Of a stretch of 64,000 bases of DNA, positions 63,601-64,000 are shown one piece after another. A program made the translations under genes and the position numbers. The notes under the pieces were generated by a model. It searched no databases. It saw nothing but the letters and a program-made list of their open reading frames with translations, and had not been told where the DNA came from. Source of the stretch: Flavobacteriales bacterium (GTDB lineage Bacteria > Bacteroidota > Bacteroidia > Flavobacteriales_F > PHOS-HE28). Each line of letters begins with the position of its first letter. The first letter of the stretch is position 1. The stretch is taken from contig JBIQIX010000014.1 in the NCBI GenBank assembly GCA_044507815.1, positions 18,057-82,056 of the forward strand. Direction: 5' to 3'.

Positions 63601-64000
63601 CCGTGAGCAACGGCCTGTGCAGCAACAGCAGCAGCGAGGTCACCATCTTCCTCTTCGACGATACGAACCCGGATGCCAGCGCCGGCCCTGACCAGCAGCT
63701 CTGCACACCGGGCAGCAGCATCACCATGGCTGGCAGCAACGTGATCTTCCCGGCGCAGGGCACATGGACCCTGGTGAGCGGCACCGGCGTGATCACTGAT
63801 CCGCATTCACCCACCACCGCAGTGGTTGATCTGGCCGTGGGCACCAGCGTATTCGCCTGGACCGTGGACAACGGACCGTGCAGCAACGGCATCACCACCG
63901 ACCTGATGCAGGTGGAGGTGTTCGACCAGCAGAATCCCGTGGCCCATGCCGGTCCCGACCAGGAACTGTGCACGCCCGGCACCACCGCCACATTGGCCGG
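57654..64000 (+). CDS. Giant secreted cell-surface repeat protein (adhesin-like; probable T9SS cargo), N-terminal 2,115+ codons; 3' end beyond the window
   Basis: My manual translation from ATG 57654 finds no stop through 64000. The ORF track lists no plus-strand ORF in this frame here, as expected for an unterminated ORF. Signal peptide ..LALAAMALLFWQGEAYA|THAMGGELTYRC. Cys-rich head with cadherin-like NPGAVDVDGDSLVYSL / INPQTGTMTVTP. Then 20 tandem modules. Confidence 0.9.
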   Translation, partial: MVDQLPPAPATKSEKRFFPGRALSFLRNLALAAMALLFWQGEAYATHAMGGELTYRCLGNNRWEVTLNFYRDCNGVAAPTNCSNGLEFRVRSASCGANFTQCFPNTPTVEVITPICPSETDRCVSSSGTYGVQKYTYKRVVDLGSYASCNADDWFFSWSLCCRNNAITSLNNPGNRDLYLDARLNKAAGACNNSPTFTNSPAAFYCIGEQISYNPGAVDVDGDSLVYSLIAARGAGGTNIPYNNNYSAAQPIRNTGGANAVSINPQTGTMTVTPSVIQTAVVTYQVQEYRNGVLMGTITRDVQFVVRPCAGNSAPTVSGINGTSNYSMQVCAGTPVSFTVNSNDANAGQAVTMGWNSGIPGASFTAAGSPFPTGTFTWTPTVANIGNNTFTVHVEDNGCPIKGTNDFGFSILVTPPATPADAGPDFSVCGTSATMAAVLPYSGLQGTWSVVSGSGTFSNVNSRTATVSGLAPGANVFRWTVNYQTCGTTSATVTVTSYNNAQAAANAGPDQQICGPPNSVTLAGNTVAAPGTGTWSFVTGSGTITDPSSPTTTVTGLANGVNRLRWTINNGPCGTTQSEMTVTVFNSAQAAANAGPDINICSTTSTVTMAGNAATAPATGLWTLVSGSGTITNPASRNTTITGLPVGVHVFRWTISNGPCTPGSTSDEVTVTVYSSTSPNANAGPDQQICGSGGTTLAANTPIAPASGTWTVVSGTGTFADANNPNTAVSGLALGPNVFQWTVNNGPCANGVTTSQVTVTTFDPAVGGANAGPDQSYCLPTTSVTMAASAAPAPAQGTWTLVSGSGTITNPHQRNTTVTGLTVGETVLRWSITNGPCMVTPPSDEVSIFIYDNNAPAANAGPDQQLCTPATATNLAGNTPVFPATGQWTVVAGNGTFANPADPTTLITGLAVGVNTFRWTLNNGPCANPVTQDEVSVVVYDASTPVAHAGPNQELCTPTNSTTLAGSAVIAPATGTWTLVSGTGTIVSPNSPSSQVTGLAVGDNVFRWTVLNGNCANPTTTSDVRIRVFNSSNPVANAGPDQTLCSSSNSTVLAGSSLTYPASGMWTLQSGGGTIVTPNSPTSAVTGLPVGVNVFRWTVSNGPCPNGNTFDEVAITVFENAHPPVTATGTQSICVPTSANTVTVTGSTPVAPATGQWTLISGSGTITSPGSPVTTITDMGYGVNVFQWTVANGPCAFPLNSAQVSISVYNATMLTADAGPDQSLCTPITSTTLSGSALIAPGTGHWTVVSGTGAFADASDPNTTVSGLSLGNNVFRWSVDNGPCAAPSSDDVSVSVFNGSAQQANAGPDQSLCSTSPATTLAANAAIAPATGSWSVLQGTATFANPTVANTAVSGLSTGVNILVWSINNGACGTSTAQVRITVYNDANPVANAGPDQELCTPATATTLSGSSVLAPATGQWTLVSGTGNIVSPNSPTTQVNGLGLGHNVFRWTVNNGACASGITTDEVTISVFSGTAQVANAGPDQDLCTPASTASLAANLAVAPAQGTWSAAAGISFSDIHSPLATVSGLQVGDNILTWTLDNGSCGTTSDQVNIRVFDAGQPLANAGPDQELCSPGNSTTLSGSPLIYPATGTWTLVSGSGAIADPSAPATAITGLAIGPNVFRWTVSNGDCWTNSQDEVTITLFDSTVSGSDAGPDQQICTPRSSVTMAASAAPFPAQGTWSLVSGGGTIADIHSPTTAVTGLPVGENKFRWTVSNGACPVNPPSDTVSIFVFDANNPVADAGPDQSLCTPGSSTTLAGSSVTFPAQGTWTLVSGGGTLANANDPHSAVNGLPIGENVFEWTVLNGPCADPMTKDRVSIFVYDETQASANAGPDQSLCTPNTSATLAANAAAFPAVGTWSLAQGQGTITDPASPTTTVTGLGIGENVFVWTIDNGPCANGITTDAVSIFLFDSNTPNADAGPDQELCLPTTSTTLAGSAANYPATGTWTVVQGTGIFADQHAPNTAVSGLFVGTNIFRWTVSNGLCSNSSSEVTIFLFDDTNPDASAGPDQQLCTPGSSITMAGSNVIFPAQGTWTLVSGTGVITDPHSPTTAVVDLAVGTSVFAWTVDNGPCSNGITTDLMQVEVFDQQNPVAHAGPDQELCTPGTTATLA
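58914..64000 (+). repeat. In-frame tandem array: 19 complete and 1 partial coding modules of 255-273 bp (85-91 aa)
   Basis: Module starts (the codon before the AGPD motif) are at 58914, 59169, 59430, 59697, 59961, 60228, 60495, 60762, 61029, 61302, 61566, 61827, 62094, 62352, 62616, 62883, 63150, 63417, 63678 and 63945. All are in phase with 57654. Recurrent DNA islands include GCCAATGCCGGCCCCGACCAG, TTCCGCTGGACCGTG and AACGGGCCNTGCGCC. Confidence 0.9.

Noticed and set aside
58323-63991. Ladder of minus-strand ORFs of about 80 to 442 aa, and +2-frame ORFs, across the repeat array
   Set aside because: They are periodic because the plus-strand frame-0 gene is periodic. Their translations are Gly/Ala/Arg/Val/His-rich and lack a start context. 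The frame-0 product has a signal peptide and conserved module structure.

Overview
Visibly GC-rich chromosomal segment (GC not computed). I infer it is Bacteroidota-type from three things: T9SS C-terminal sorting domains on several secreted proteins, TAnnTTTG promoter boxes just upstream of start codons, and an alternative-complex-III operon containing a DUF3341 subunit. I call about 46 protein genes and one tRNA.

Most of the window is core housekeeping:
- a partial trans-sulfuration PLP enzyme and polA
- rimP-nusA-infB
- an 8-gene respiratory block, actABCDEF followed by cytochrome c oxidase subunits II and I
- ruvB, tRNA-Ser(GGA), dusB and an S9 peptidase
- an OmpA-family protein, TolC and tsaB
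- rplM-rpsI, rpsB-tsf and pyrH-frr
- sucA-sucB

Accessory content:
- four predicted T9SS cargo proteins
- an orphan radical SAM/SPASM gene
- a translationally coupled string of MMPL exporter, rfbA and polyprenyl synthase, next to a DUF5686-like protein
- a FAD-oxidoreductase/Rieske fusion
- a structured repeat patch 3' of the tRNA

The most notable object is missing from the supplied ORF track. An ORF starts at 57654 and is still open at base 64000 (at least 2,115 codons). It encodes a signal peptide, a Cys-rich cadherin-like head, and 20 in-phase tandem modules of about 89 aa.

I recognised no mobile elements, CRISPR arrays, toxin-antitoxin genes or known defence genes. I cannot point to a clearly novel multi-gene system. 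The best candidates for follow-up are the giant repeat protein, the MMPL/rfbA/prenyl-synthase string and the orphan radical SAM enzyme.

Many long ORFs in the track are antisense shadows typical of high-GC DNA. Several longest-ORF starts are probably too far upstream.
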